Shown: in pieces, positions 32,367 to 42,904 of the stretch | Layout: the number at the start of each line of letters is the position of its first letter | Numbering within the stretch: the stretch's first letter is position 1 | Position numbers and translations under genes: made by a program | Notes under the pieces: generated by a model | What the model was told of the DNA's origin: nothing | Databases searched by the model: none | What the model saw: only the letters and a program-made list of their open reading frames with translations | Assembly: GCA_048128005.1 (NCBI GenBank) | Contig: JBEUKZ010000064.1 | Location: 186,001 to 250,000 of the forward strand | Direction: 5' to 3' | DNA: 64,000 nt | DNA from: Veleropilina oligotropha | Taxonomy: Eukaryota

Positions 32367-35300
32367 CAACCGCAAATCCTCGTTTCCGGTTACATTCCAG
32401 ACACGTTAAGCGCACGTTGTCGCGGGTGTGGCCCCTGCTGTTGTCCACACGGTCGACACTGAACTGCTGTGTGTCCTTCGGGGAATATGCCCAGAGCAGC
32501 TCTATGTTGCATGCTGCGCAGCGGTTGTTTTGGGCCTCTCTGAGCCGCAGGATGTCGTCGACCTTGAGGTTAAACCCCGGGAGTCCCGTTGCCTGGTCCT
32601 GGCGTTTGTACGCCACAAGCTTTTTCTGGATGGTCTTTCGGAGCTGTTGCTCGGTTTGGGGCCGGGGCTTGTCCTCAGAACCCTCATCCGGTGGACAGGT
32701 TACCCGTTCGAGCTGACGCAGCAGCTCCACCCGGGACACGGCTAGGTAGGCGAGATTACTCCACTGAAGGTAGTCGTCGATGATCCAGACTTTCTGTGGG
32801 TCGTGAATCGTAAGACCCTGGCTCGAATGGATGGTCAGGGCATAGCCCAGGCGCCAATCCGGGGTCAGGATAGCCCGCTCAGCGGCCTCAATGGTGACCT
32901 CGACGACGTCGTTCAGAACTAGCTCCTCTCTGTCGCTGGTGCCCGGAATGGTTACCATGATGTTCTGTTTTCTGCTGTCCCCGGGGTGGTACAGGATAGG
33001 CACCATGGAGTCTGGGAAGTGCTCCTTGTGCCTCTGGAGCAACAGCTGTTGAGCCCGTTCGCGGACCTTCTGACGGCTCGTGAGGATTAGGTCGCGCGGC
33101 GTCCAGGTGTTGACGAACCGGTCCCATCCGAGGCAGCTGGGGAGGGTCCGTCGCATCTCGTCGCACTGGACTTTGTCGGGCTGGAGACGGATACGTCTTT
33201 TCAGGGCTTGGAGGGCGGGGTCGTCTTTCGCCCTGTAGTCTACTTCGATCTCTTCATAGTAGTCCGCGGTCTTTCGCAGCCAATCGTGCGGCATCTCGCC
33301 CGTAATCGGTGGTGGCTGGCCTTGATCACCACAGCAGATAACCTGCACTTCGTGGCGGCCCAGCCAGTCCAAGAACATCTCTAGGATGTGCCGGGGAACA
33401 GTACAGACCTCGTCCCAGATAATGACGCGCGGGATGAACTTCTGACCCATGCGATCAGGCGTCCAGTCGTTCTGGCCGCTCCATCGGAAGAAGCTGTGGT
33501 AGGTCTGGGCTTTGACGCCTCTGGTCCGCATCTCTTTAGCGAGGCGGTGGGTTGGTGTGAACACGACGGGATTCCTTGCCCGAAAGAGCTCGATCGCTCT
33601 CGTAGTCTTGCCACAGCCCCCTCCACCGTTGAGGTAACTCAGGCGATGGTGGGTCAGTGTGTCATTGTAGCATGGCGCGGTGCTCGGCTGGCTGGAATTG
33701 GCGGCACAACGATACTCTGGCTTGGGCAGGTATGCGGCATGTTCCTGTGGCATGTACAGCTGTTCGCCCTTGTCACGCCACTGGGCCGGTGCTACTGGCG
33801 GAAGGTACGGCTCCGCGATCAGACATGAGACGCACGATTGGCTGCGACAGCCGCAGAGTCTGGGGGCAACGTACACCGTGACATCGTCGAGCTTCTCCAA
33901 CGAGGCCTTCTTGAGGTAGATGCTGTCCGTGGCTACCCGGACGGCTTCTGCTGCACTGAAACGCTTCAGCATGCTCAAGAGGTTTATGTGTGCATAGGCC
34001 AACATGGATGCCCTCAGGTGGGCGTACTGAGGCTGGGAGCCATCATAGTACGTGAGGATGTGACCGAGGGGGCATCTCTGAGGAGCGCCAACCAGGGTGC
34101 CGCTTTGGCGGGTGTCTCTTACGAGGAAGTCGAGCTCACCCTGGTCGGTCACCAGTCTACGAGTCAATCTTTTGCCATCGGCTTTGGCGCCTTGGGTGAA
34201 TTTGCCGATAATGCTGCAGCCCTGGTCACGATTCTCCGGAAGCCAGACATCGGTCTGGTTTTTGAACGCGATAATGGCCTCTCGGATCTTGAGGCTTTTT
34301 AGCAGTCCAGAGTCTACGAGGAAGGCGAGCAGCGGGGTGGGTGCCCATCCATTCTCTGCAAAGTGCTTTCCGAACCATGCTACAATGACGGGGTGGATGT
34401 CTTGTGCGAACTCCCATTCCACGACCTCAGCAAACCCGGTCCCGATATCTTGGGGTAGAGGACCGTTAATTGCGACCCGGGTCATGCTGTGGAGTGGGTG
34501 TCCGAATCTTTCGAAATAGGGCTTAGCCTCGCCCTTCCCCAGAAAGCTTGCAGGGTAGCAGGATTTCATATCGATGCAGCAGACATCGCCCGTGTCGTAA
34601 TTCATGGAATTCCACAGGCCGCCGTGGCCATGCTCTACACAGGCCTTCTGGATGTCATCGAGCAGGCCCGCTGGGGTCGGTTTCCAGCCGTTGGTCTCCT
34701 TAGCCATAATGCTAGCTGCATGGTTCACGCCAAAGGCTCGATCGGCTAGGGACTCGTTCCCCAGCGCTGTACAGGCTTCTTGGAGTCTCTCATGATCATC
34801 TTGTGTCCGGTACGTGCGGCCGTCTTGCAGCACGAACTGGTCCACGCCGAGCTGTCGGTCTTTACCGCCAAGGAGCCAGACAGCTAATGGCTCATTATGT
34901 GTGGCTTGTCGGATAGCTTCCCAGACATCGCCCTCGTAGATGTGGACCTCGCGAGACTGCGGAAAGTGTAGGTCCTTGGACCAGGCGTGGCCGTTGTGAC
35001 AGATGAGTTCTACGTTTCTGAATGTATTGTTTCCTTGACCGCGGTACTTCCCACTGTTGTAGATGTCCGCACCGGCAATGTCTCTCAAGGTGATCGCCCG
35101 TTTGAGGATCTTCTCGAGGGTAGCTATATCATCCACAGTGGCGCCTGTTACATGGACTCGCTCTTCCCACTCCAGTATTTTCTGCCGCCTTGTCGGGGTG
35201 AGTCCGTGTCCTCTAAGGGCACCTTCGAAGTGCTCAACCACTCGTTGGGCAACGCAGTTGAGGTCGCCGTTCTTCATCGGAACCAGGTTGGCGGGGTTTG

Positions 35301-36210
35301 GTTCTCTGAGAGGATAGACGCCGTAGACGACTGCAGTGACCGGGTAGGCATTCTCGTAGTAGACCTTGTCGACCCCAGTGATAGCACCCGGCTTAGTGTC
35401 CTGAGAGATCTCAAAGACACCCTGGCCCTTCTTCCTCGCAGCTTTCACCGGGTCAAACTTGTCTTCGACCACCCAGTCACCTTCACCCCACTCACGCAAG
35501 AACTTTATTCTAAGGACATACTCGCCCTTTGGAAGGGCTGTGAGGAGCTGTGCCGCCCTTGCATCTGTCATACGGGCATCCAGGGCCAGCCGTCCAGCCA
35601 CTTCTACCCTCCATGTGGAGAAAGCCGCCGCGGCACCATCGACCTCAAACTCGTCTTTGGCGTCGCTCAAGAGTTCCACCCATGGCTCTTTTGCTGGGAG
35701 CCTTACTGGGGGAGGGACCTGGTCATCCAGGTCGATGAATCGTTGTCCCTCGGGTGTGGTAAATTGCCCTAGAAGATCCTTCTGGTAGTCCTGGGCTGTC
35801 CGGGGCATTTTGGAGATGAGAAGATCGGGCCCCTTCCGAGCAATAGCATGGGCAAGGGTCTCTTTCCGAGACCGCTTGACGATTCGATCCGTGATGGCGC
35901 GAAGTGGCTTCAGTCGAATCCTGGGATTTTTCTCAGCCTGGGATTCGTATTTACGAGCCTGCAGGGCGGCGTCGACCTCGTCCTTAATCTGCCGCAACTC
36001 GCGAGCACGTCGGCCTCTTTTGTGGGGGTTCTCCACATCTCCACGTATGGAGGGGAACCTTCCCGTTTTCATCGCCCGCTCGAGTCTCCTCCGAAACTCC
36101 GCAGCACGGACCCTGGCGATTGCCCTGACGAGGTCGTGCTTCTTGAGCTTCGACCGAGCGGGAATCCCATAATCTTTCGCTAGATTGCGCAGTCCACTGA
36201 TGAGAGGCAT
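32356..36210 (-). CDS. Fusion replicase: HeH-like domain + atypical family-B DNA polymerase + SF1 (RecD/Pif1-like) helicase + HNH nuclease, ~1284 aa
   Basis: N-terminal LRNLAKDYGIPARSKLKKHDLV. PolB motifs DMKSCYPAS, SIIGKF, YAHLRASMLAYAH, VATDSIY. Helicase motifs GGGGCGKTT, FTPTHRLA, TYHSFF, IIWDEV, GDQGQPPP, YALTIHSSQG, YLAVSR. HNH motif CAAC...SVDRVDNSRGH..DNV...CLECN. Confidence 0.88.
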   Translation of the reverse strand: MPLISGLRNLAKDYGIPARSKLKKHDLVRAIARVRAAEFRRRLERAMKTGRFPSIRGDVENPHKRGRRARELRQIKDEVDAALQARKYESQAEKNPRIRLKPLRAITDRIVKRSRKETLAHAIARKGPDLLISKMPRTAQDYQKDLLGQFTTPEGQRFIDLDDQVPPPVRLPAKEPWVELLSDAKDEFEVDGAAAAFSTWRVEVAGRLALDARMTDARAAQLLTALPKGEYVLRIKFLREWGEGDWVVEDKFDPVKAARKKGQGVFEISQDTKPGAITGVDKVYYENAYPVTAVVYGVYPLREPNPANLVPMKNGDLNCVAQRVVEHFEGALRGHGLTPTRRQKILEWEERVHVTGATVDDIATLEKILKRAITLRDIAGADIYNSGKYRGQGNNTFRNVELICHNGHAWSKDLHFPQSREVHIYEGDVWEAIRQATHNEPLAVWLLGGKDRQLGVDQFVLQDGRTYRTQDDHERLQEACTALGNESLADRAFGVNHAASIMAKETNGWKPTPAGLLDDIQKACVEHGHGGLWNSMNYDTGDVCCIDMKSCYPASFLGKGEAKPYFERFGHPLHSMTRVAINGPLPQDIGTGFAEVVEWEFAQDIHPVIVAWFGKHFAENGWAPTPLLAFLVDSGLLKSLKIREAIIAFKNQTDVWLPENRDQGCSIIGKFTQGAKADGKRLTRRLVTDQGELDFLVRDTRQSGTLVGAPQRCPLGHILTYYDGSQPQYAHLRASMLAYAHINLLSMLKRFSAAEAVRVATDSIYLKKASLEKLDDVTVYVAPRLCGCRSQSCVSCLIAEPYLPPVAPAQWRDKGEQLYMPQEHAAYLPKPEYRCAANSSQPSTAPCYNDTLTHHRLSYLNGGGGCGKTTRAIELFRARNPVVFTPTHRLAKEMRTRGVKAQTYHSFFRWSGQNDWTPDRMGQKFIPRVIIWDEVCTVPRHILEMFLDWLGRHEVQVICCGDQGQPPPITGEMPHDWLRKTADYYEEIEVDYRAKDDPALQALKRRIRLQPDKVQCDEMRRTLPSCLGWDRFVNTWTPRDLILTSRQKVRERAQQLLLQRHKEHFPDSMVPILYHPGDSRKQNIMVTIPGTSDREELVLNDVVEVTIEAAERAILTPDWRLGYALTIHSSQGLTIHDPQKVWIIDDYLQWSNLAYLAVSRVELLRQLERVTCPPDEGSEDKPRPQTEQQLRKTIQKKLVAYKRQDQATGLPGFNLKVDDILRLREAQNNRCAACNIELLWAYSPKDTQQFSVDRVDNSRGHTRDNVRLTCLECNRKRGFAVVNA

Positions 36211-36258
36211 GACGTATTGCGATATGACACTACAACACAAAGCTCTAATTGGAACTTT

Positions 36259-36558
36259 TTATGTCGTGCGCGACAGCAACTCGCGCAATACTGCGCCGTA
36301 GAGACGGCGAGCTCGGTTTTTAGTGTTTATGAGAGCCTGGGCGGCACGATGACCTCCACATGGTCTACACACCAGAACGGCCGATTTCGTGCCCCCCCCA
36401 CATCTCTTACACGGCGGGGGTGATGTTCTACCCATCCGAATTTGCCGTCGATGGGAATTGCAAAATTCGTTGACGCAGCTACGACCACAAACCCCAACGG
36501 CATTAATTGTCAACCAAGGGCATACATTCTTTCCCCCCATGGTTATCGCGTATACCAT
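36259..36558 (-). CDS. Small basic Cys/His-rich (zinc-finger-like) protein, 99 aa
   Basis: CPW..CGRSC....CNSH and CKRC...CRPC motifs. First gene next to the right TIR, co-oriented with the replicase. Confidence 0.65.
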   Translation of the reverse strand: MVYAITMGGKNVCPWLTINAVGVCGRSCVNEFCNSHRRQIRMGRTSPPPCKRCGGGTKSAVLVCRPCGGHRAAQALINTKNRARRLYGAVLRELLSRTT

Positions 36559-36664
36559 CGTATATACCAGTCTCTAATATAGAGTATGACACTAACACAC
36601 AAGAGCCCGGGCCGGCGAGGGTAGTGGGCCGTCCCTGGGGGCTCTTACTACATGCTACTCGCTC

Positions 36665-36856
36665 TGTACACACGGTAACTTTTTGTAATACAAGCCCTAC
36701 CCTCAGTCCCAAAATATAGCTGGGAGCCCCCACAGTGGCCGCCCCGCCCCTAGTCTATACTCCATAGTTCCCCTCAGTAATACCAGCTCAGTTCTGAACA
36801 GGTGCTGGGCGCTGTATTTTCCCATTCTAAAAAGTCTATTGACCCCCCCTGCTGCT
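36665..36856 (-). repeat. Right TIR (~190 bp, imperfect)
   Basis: Its reverse complement matches 21451-21520 (7 mismatches in 70 by eye), plus the blocks tagactaggg, ggctcccagctatattt and ttgtattacaaaaagt.accgtgtgtaca. Confidence 0.85.
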
Positions 36857-37484
36857 ACATGAAACATCCAATTTAGGTCTTACTCTGTTCTTGTATTTTG
36901 CATAAATGAATCTTTCAAAACATAAAATGCACAAAACTAGCACCACAGCATGCACCTAGAGTATTTTTAAATTTCGTATCCATTTCATGTGTTCATTTAA
37001 TTTAACTTTCAAATATGTCTCTCAAACAGTCGAAACCCCCAGAAAAGTGCATATAACAGTCACTCAGCGATAGGAATATATCATTTATAATATGGGAGAT
37101 GAAATTCAAAAATGTTGTATTTAAGGTGTCATTCATAAATTATTTTGAAATATATGGCTCACACGGCAATATTAATAGGATATGGCCTTAAATTATTACC
37201 ATGTCTTATTACATTAGAAGTCTTGACAAATTGTGCATCAATTTGGCATACACGTACATCTCACAAGACTAGATATCATAACGATTATCCTGTTTGTAAC
37301 TCAAATATGTCAAACAAACCACTGTTAATGCCCCGACTCACATTATGGTACCTGACCGTCACCTCACAATCCTACACCATATTCCCACATCTCCTCCCAC
37401 GTGAACTCTCACATTGTGAGGTCGACCCCTACCATTATTATGATGTTAATGTTATCCATGTCATATCCTCTATTCATTAAAATG

Positions 37485-38535
37485 TCTCTCCCCTATATTA
37501 TACCCTCATTTTGAGGTAAAGTCCCCTCTCCCATATATTATACCCTCATTTTGAGGTCAAGTCCCCTCTCCCCTATATCATACCCTCATTATGAGGTCAA
37601 GTCCCCTCTCCCCTATATTATATCCTCATTTTGAGGTCAAGTCCCCTCTCCCCTATATTATACCCTCATTATGAGGTCAAGTCACCTCTCCCCTATATTA
37701 TACCCTCATTTTGAGGTCAATTCCCCTCTCCCATATATTATACCCTCATTATGAGGTCAAGTCCCCTCTCCCCTATATTATACCCTCATTTTGAGGTCAA
37801 GTCCCCTCTCCCCTATATTATACCCTCATTATGAGGTCAAGTCCCCTCTCCCCTATATTATACCCTCATTATGAGGTCAAGTCCCCTCATTATGAGGTCA
37901 AGTCCCCTCTCCCCTATATTATCCCCTCACTTTGAAGTCAAGTCCCCTCTCCCCTATATTATACCCTCACTTTGAGGTCAAGTCCCCTCTCCCCTATATT
38001 ATCCCCTCATTTTGAGGTCAAGTCCCCTCTCCCCTACATTATACCCTCATTATGAGGTCAAGTCCCCTCTCCGCTATATTATACCCTCATTTTGAGGTCA
38101 AGTCCCCTCTCCCCTATATTATACCCTCATTTTGAGGTCAAGTCCCCTCTCCCTATATTATACCCTCATTTTGAGGTCAAGTCCCCTCTTCCCTATATTA
38201 TACCCTCATTTTGAGGTCAAGTCCCCTCTCCCCTATATTATACCCTCATTTTGAGGTCAAGTCCCCTCTCCCCTATATTATACCCTCATTTTGAGGTCAA
38301 GTCCCCTCTCCCCTATATTATACCCTCATTTTGAGGTCAAGTCCCCTCTCCCCTATATTATACCCTCATTTTGAGGTCAAGTCCCCTCTCCCCTATATTA
38401 TACCCTCATTATGAGGTCAAGTCCCCTCTCCCCTATATTATACCCTCATTTTGAGGTCAAGTCCCCTCTCCCCTATATTATACCCTCATTTTGAGGTCAA
38501 GTCCCCTCTCTCCTATATTATACCCACATTTTGAG
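37485..38535. repeat. 40-bp minisatellite (~26 copies); degenerate continuation to ~38960 and at 40020-40380
   Basis: Unit gtcccctctcccctatattataccctcattttgaggtcaa. Confidence 0.95.
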
Positions 38536-38968
38536 GTGCATACCCGCATTTCATCATTATGAGGTCATGCCACCATCTCGTACTTACCTTCTCCTCATTA
38601 TGAGGTCATTGTTAACCGATCTCCTTCCCTCATTAAGAGATCATCCCCCTCACCTATCCCTCATTACGACATCACCTCCCTCGCCCACTTTACCATATCC
38701 TCATCATGACGTCAGTCCCCCCCCCCCCCTTCATTATAAGGTCATGCCCCCACCTCTCCAACTTTACCCTCATTTTGAAATCACCCACTCTCCCTTCCGT
38801 CATTATGAGATCATTCCCCTCTCCCCATTAACAAATCCCTCAACATGAGGTCAACCCCCTCTCCCTCTCATTATCAGGTCATCCCCCTTCTTCTCCCCCT
38901 CATTATGATGTCATCTCCCTCTCCCCCTCCCCTCATTATGAGGTCATCCCCATACCCTACTTCTATAA

Positions 38969-39449
38969 CAGGGTTCGTACAGACAAGACTTGATGAAATT
39001 CAAGCACTTTTCCAGTACTTTTCAAGTACAAAATTTGAATTTTCAAGTACACAGAAAATAAAATTTAGCAAGCATACAGCGACGATACGTACCATATAGA
39101 GGATCGCCGGTGCCATTCGCACTATATAGTTTAACGTAGTATATTCAGGCACCGGGGCCGGACAACATTCCGCAATTACTCCTGTCCATCAGACAGAATT
39201 TCGTTCATTCACTACAGAGTTACTTCCCTTCGCGCATTCACCGTAAATATTCTGAACTTTGAGCGTAGTTTTAGTTTTAATTTTTTCCCCCTTTAAATTC
39301 AAATACTTTTAAAGCACGACTCTGGATTTTTAAGTACTTTTTAAGTGCCAAAATGAAATTCCAGCACTTCTCATGCGTATTTGCAAGAATTAAGTACTTT
39401 TCATTTTTTCTTCACAATTCAAGTACTTTTCAAATCTGTACGAACCCTG
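38969..39449. mobile_element. MITE with 15-bp TIR and 5-bp TSD (hAT5-like)
   Basis: TATAA|CAGGGTTCGTACAGA...TCTGTACGAACCCTG|TATAA, with internal aagtactttt repeats. Confidence 0.85.
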
Positions 39450-42400
39450 TATAACATATAAGACCGGGTTGACGTGCCTTCCCAACCCTACCTTATATAT
39501 CCCAAGCACCTTTTATGACGAGCAGGTTCCCGACGAAATCCTTCGGGAACGGTTTTGGAACAAATTACTTATTAAAAATACAGTGAAACAAACATTAAAT
39601 ACTTAAATTGTTACCTGTTAGTTTTTAGTGATTTTGTTGTCATAATGTATGATAAAACGATGTATTTTTCAATGTTAAACCGTCAAACTTTTTCCTCCTC
39701 GATCGCGCCCTCTATTGGATTAATTGGCTAATGATTTTGATTGGTGGATGGCGACCATCTTCTGTTTACATTGTAAAAGTTAAAAACTTTCTGTTTTGTG
39801 TTCCAAAGTAGCTTTTCTGTGTTAAGGTAACAAAATTGGGGCAGCATGTGATGAAATTTGGTATCAAGGAACATATACCGATGCAAATAAGTGATAAATT
39901 GTAGTTATTTTATTGAAATTTAGTGTTTTTCGCCACGCGCCGTGATTTTCACCTTTCGAAATTTTAGCTCAGCCGTTAAGAGTCTGATTAGGAAATATAG
40001 CAGGCTCTAACATTGTTGGAGTACCCCATACCCCAGCATCCTCCCTTCAGTAGGAGGTCATCCCCCTTCTCTCTCATCATTATGAGATCATCCCCTCTTC
40101 CCCTTTACCATCCCCTCCTTATGAGTGCACTCCCCTTATTCCAACCCCCTCTCATTATGAGACTATCCCATTCTCCCCCTCATTACGATGTCATCCCCCT
40201 TCTCCCCCTTTACCCTCCCCTCATTATGAGGGTACCCCCTTCTCCCCCTTATTACGAGGTTATTCCCTTTCTCTCCTTTACCACTCATTGCGAGTCCACC
40301 CTCCTCTCCCCCTTACCTCAGCTGCTCCCTAATTATGAGGCCATACCCCTCTCCCCCCCTCATTACGAGGTCAATGCCAGCTGCCCCTGATTTATGGCAG
40401 CCTGATCCTGCAGTGCCAGTTCTGTTTAGAGAAGTTGACAATGGCTGATTTATGGTGGCTGTGTTATTTATCTTTGCCTTCTTTTCGCTGGCTTCCTCGT
40501 TAATCAAGCCTCTCTCTGGCATCCTGGATACTTCCACTGCAATAGTTGGCAGCTTATACAGCTGTTGGGCACTGTTTCTTGCTGACAACGCCATAATTTA
40601 TGGGTTCTTAAAAACAATCATCATGATCAGGGTATGGATTGTGCTAGTGCATCGCACACTAACAGCAGGAAGGAACTGTCTGCAGAATATAGAGTAACCG
40701 CAGAGCCATAAATCATTCGGAAATTAACAGCAATTACAATATAGTTACGCTTGTCACAGCGCGAATTAGCATCACAGTGATTTTACCAGATGAAAACTCT
40801 AACAGCAAGGTCACACAAATAAATAAACAACAAAATACATATTGTATCAGAGACTATCAAAATATCAAAATAACCTCAAATGAAGTGTGATTTAATCAAA
40901 TATTGTTAAAAATGTTATTTTATATTTGGTTGTTATAATCCATCAAGATGACAGTAAAGACAATCTGTCATTCACAGATTGGTCAGAGAGCTAGCTGCTC
41001 ATCACTCACCGAAACCTGGTCTACCCAGAAGTCCAAGAGGTCAACAGGATGGACATAGAGCAATTCAAATCAATCACATTAGCTATTTTGTAACTAATTT
41101 TAAAAAATAGTACATAGGACTTTATTTCGCTATAGCTTATAAACATAGGGGCAATTGTAAATTCTTGTCAACAAGCGCAATAATCTTGATGTAAATATCG
41201 ATTTCAGTTTCCTGATTAAATTACACAAAACACGTAAATTCTGAACAACTGTAAAGAATAGGTTTGAAATAGGCTGCATAATAAATATCTTATATTTCAA
41301 TTCGGCATGAGAGGGGAAGCACACAAGCCATAACTGCATCTCTGTGAATTGTGTATGTATACATAACTTATATGACATCTGTTTATCACTGAACATTAAT
41401 AGGTTAGATTATTCATAGAATAAAAATAAACTTGAATAAATTAATTTTTGTAAGCTGGAGGCATATATTAAATGCATGTATCACCTGGGATAAATTGTCA
41501 AAATACTGCTATAAAATATGATATTACTGCACATTCTAGATTATTTAAACATAATCCATAATCATAGCCCGGAGATTTTGAATAACAAAATACACTATTT
41601 GCATATCAAGTATATATTTTGATGCTTAAAAATGTAAATTTCATATTACATATATTAAAACAACTGTTCAACATTCCAAATGTATACAAATAAAACAATT
41701 TATTATTATTATGCATTCATCATCACATGCAGATCGATTCCAATATATCAGCAGTCTACACAAATATTCAAATGACAACTGATTATCTGCCCTTAGACCA
41801 ATATCTCAATAGATTTCAAAGGATTTCATTTCACCAAAAAGGATGCATATTGAAATACTGACAACATTGAAGCCTAGATGTAATAGTAGTTTTGGTTATG
41901 TAATAACATTTTGGTTAGAAAAAAAAAATTCTTAAAATATTCTTCTCCAAAAAGCAGGAATATGTTTATAATAAGTTAAAACTACCACAGACAGCTTGTT
42001 ACCACCGTGACCTTCGACCTGCATTTGAGCTGTTGTGAGTTATTGAATATCACAACCATGATGATAACATCTATTATGATAACAGGAATAACCATGGCCG
42101 CTGCTGGCATCACAAATTGATATGCATTAGGTAAACAATTTCTCACTTATCTATCAACATGGCCGTCTGACGAAAACTGATTATGATATGTTTACAGGAA
42201 AACCTGCAAAAAGGCGCCAAATGGTACAAGAAATGCGTGCATGGGGCTGATATCACAAACATGCAGCAACACACAGTGCCCCTGTGTATACTGGTAAGGT
42301 TCAACAAATAAATAACCTGCAGGGCCGAACGACAAAATGTTATCACCCCATTATGCTGGTGGTATATATGCTTCATAATCTGGGTGGTTGCTCTTCAAAA

Positions 42401-42489
42401 GCTGATAATTTTATACCCAAATAGAATGGAGTGCACTTACTAATGATTAACTTTCGTTTTGGACAGATTATAACAACAACAGACAACCA

Positions 42490-42904
42490 CAGGCATGGAT
42501 ACAGAAGGGGGCGCAAGGGGCATGTACCCCCCCCCCCCCCCCTAAAGCTGGTCAAGCATACTAAAATAATATGTATAATTTGATACAAATGATTTTCAGA
42601 ACATTATAAATAGGCCTACCCAAAAAAACTAAAGCTGAATTTTATTACTATTAGCAGGAGGGAGGATTTCACACTGTTAATTGTTAAAATTTTCTTCTGC
42701 ATGGGGCGCTGCCCCCACGCGGACAATTTGATTGTGACAAAATAAAATAAAAATCTGACTCGTACTATTTGAGTGACGGAGGTTCATAAAAATGTTAGAA
42801 AGAAATATCGCATTTGCACTGCCATTTCCCCCACTCGGACAGTTGATAGTATATTTGGCTAAAGTTGGACCTCTCTCTTTTTCAAAATCCTGGATCCGTC
42901 CCAG
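42490..42904. mobile_element. Degenerate CAGG..GGATCCAG-type MITE
   Basis: caggcatggatacag at the left and cctggatccgtcccag at the right resemble the ends of 61278-61606. Confidence 0.45.

Larger units (their letters stand above)
21205..36856. mobile_element. Complete endogenous Polinton/Maverick-like virus (15,652 bp)
   Basis: Termini AGCAGCAGGGGGGGT...ACCCCCCCTGCTGCT, flanked by ACATG (21200-21204, 36857-36861). GC-rich, intronless, densely packed ORFs for major and minor capsid, packaging ATPase, RVE integrase and PolB-helicase. Confidence 0.93.

Noticed and set aside
34987..35772. 261-aa plus-strand ORF and other antisense ORFs within the replicase and capsid genes
   Set aside because: Shadow ORFs of GC-rich coding DNA with no motifs.
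40380..40690. Possible minus-strand host exon (ttctgcag acceptor, MALSARNSAQQLYKLP...)
   Set aside because: No recognisable homology and no clear donor before the frame runs into minisatellite.
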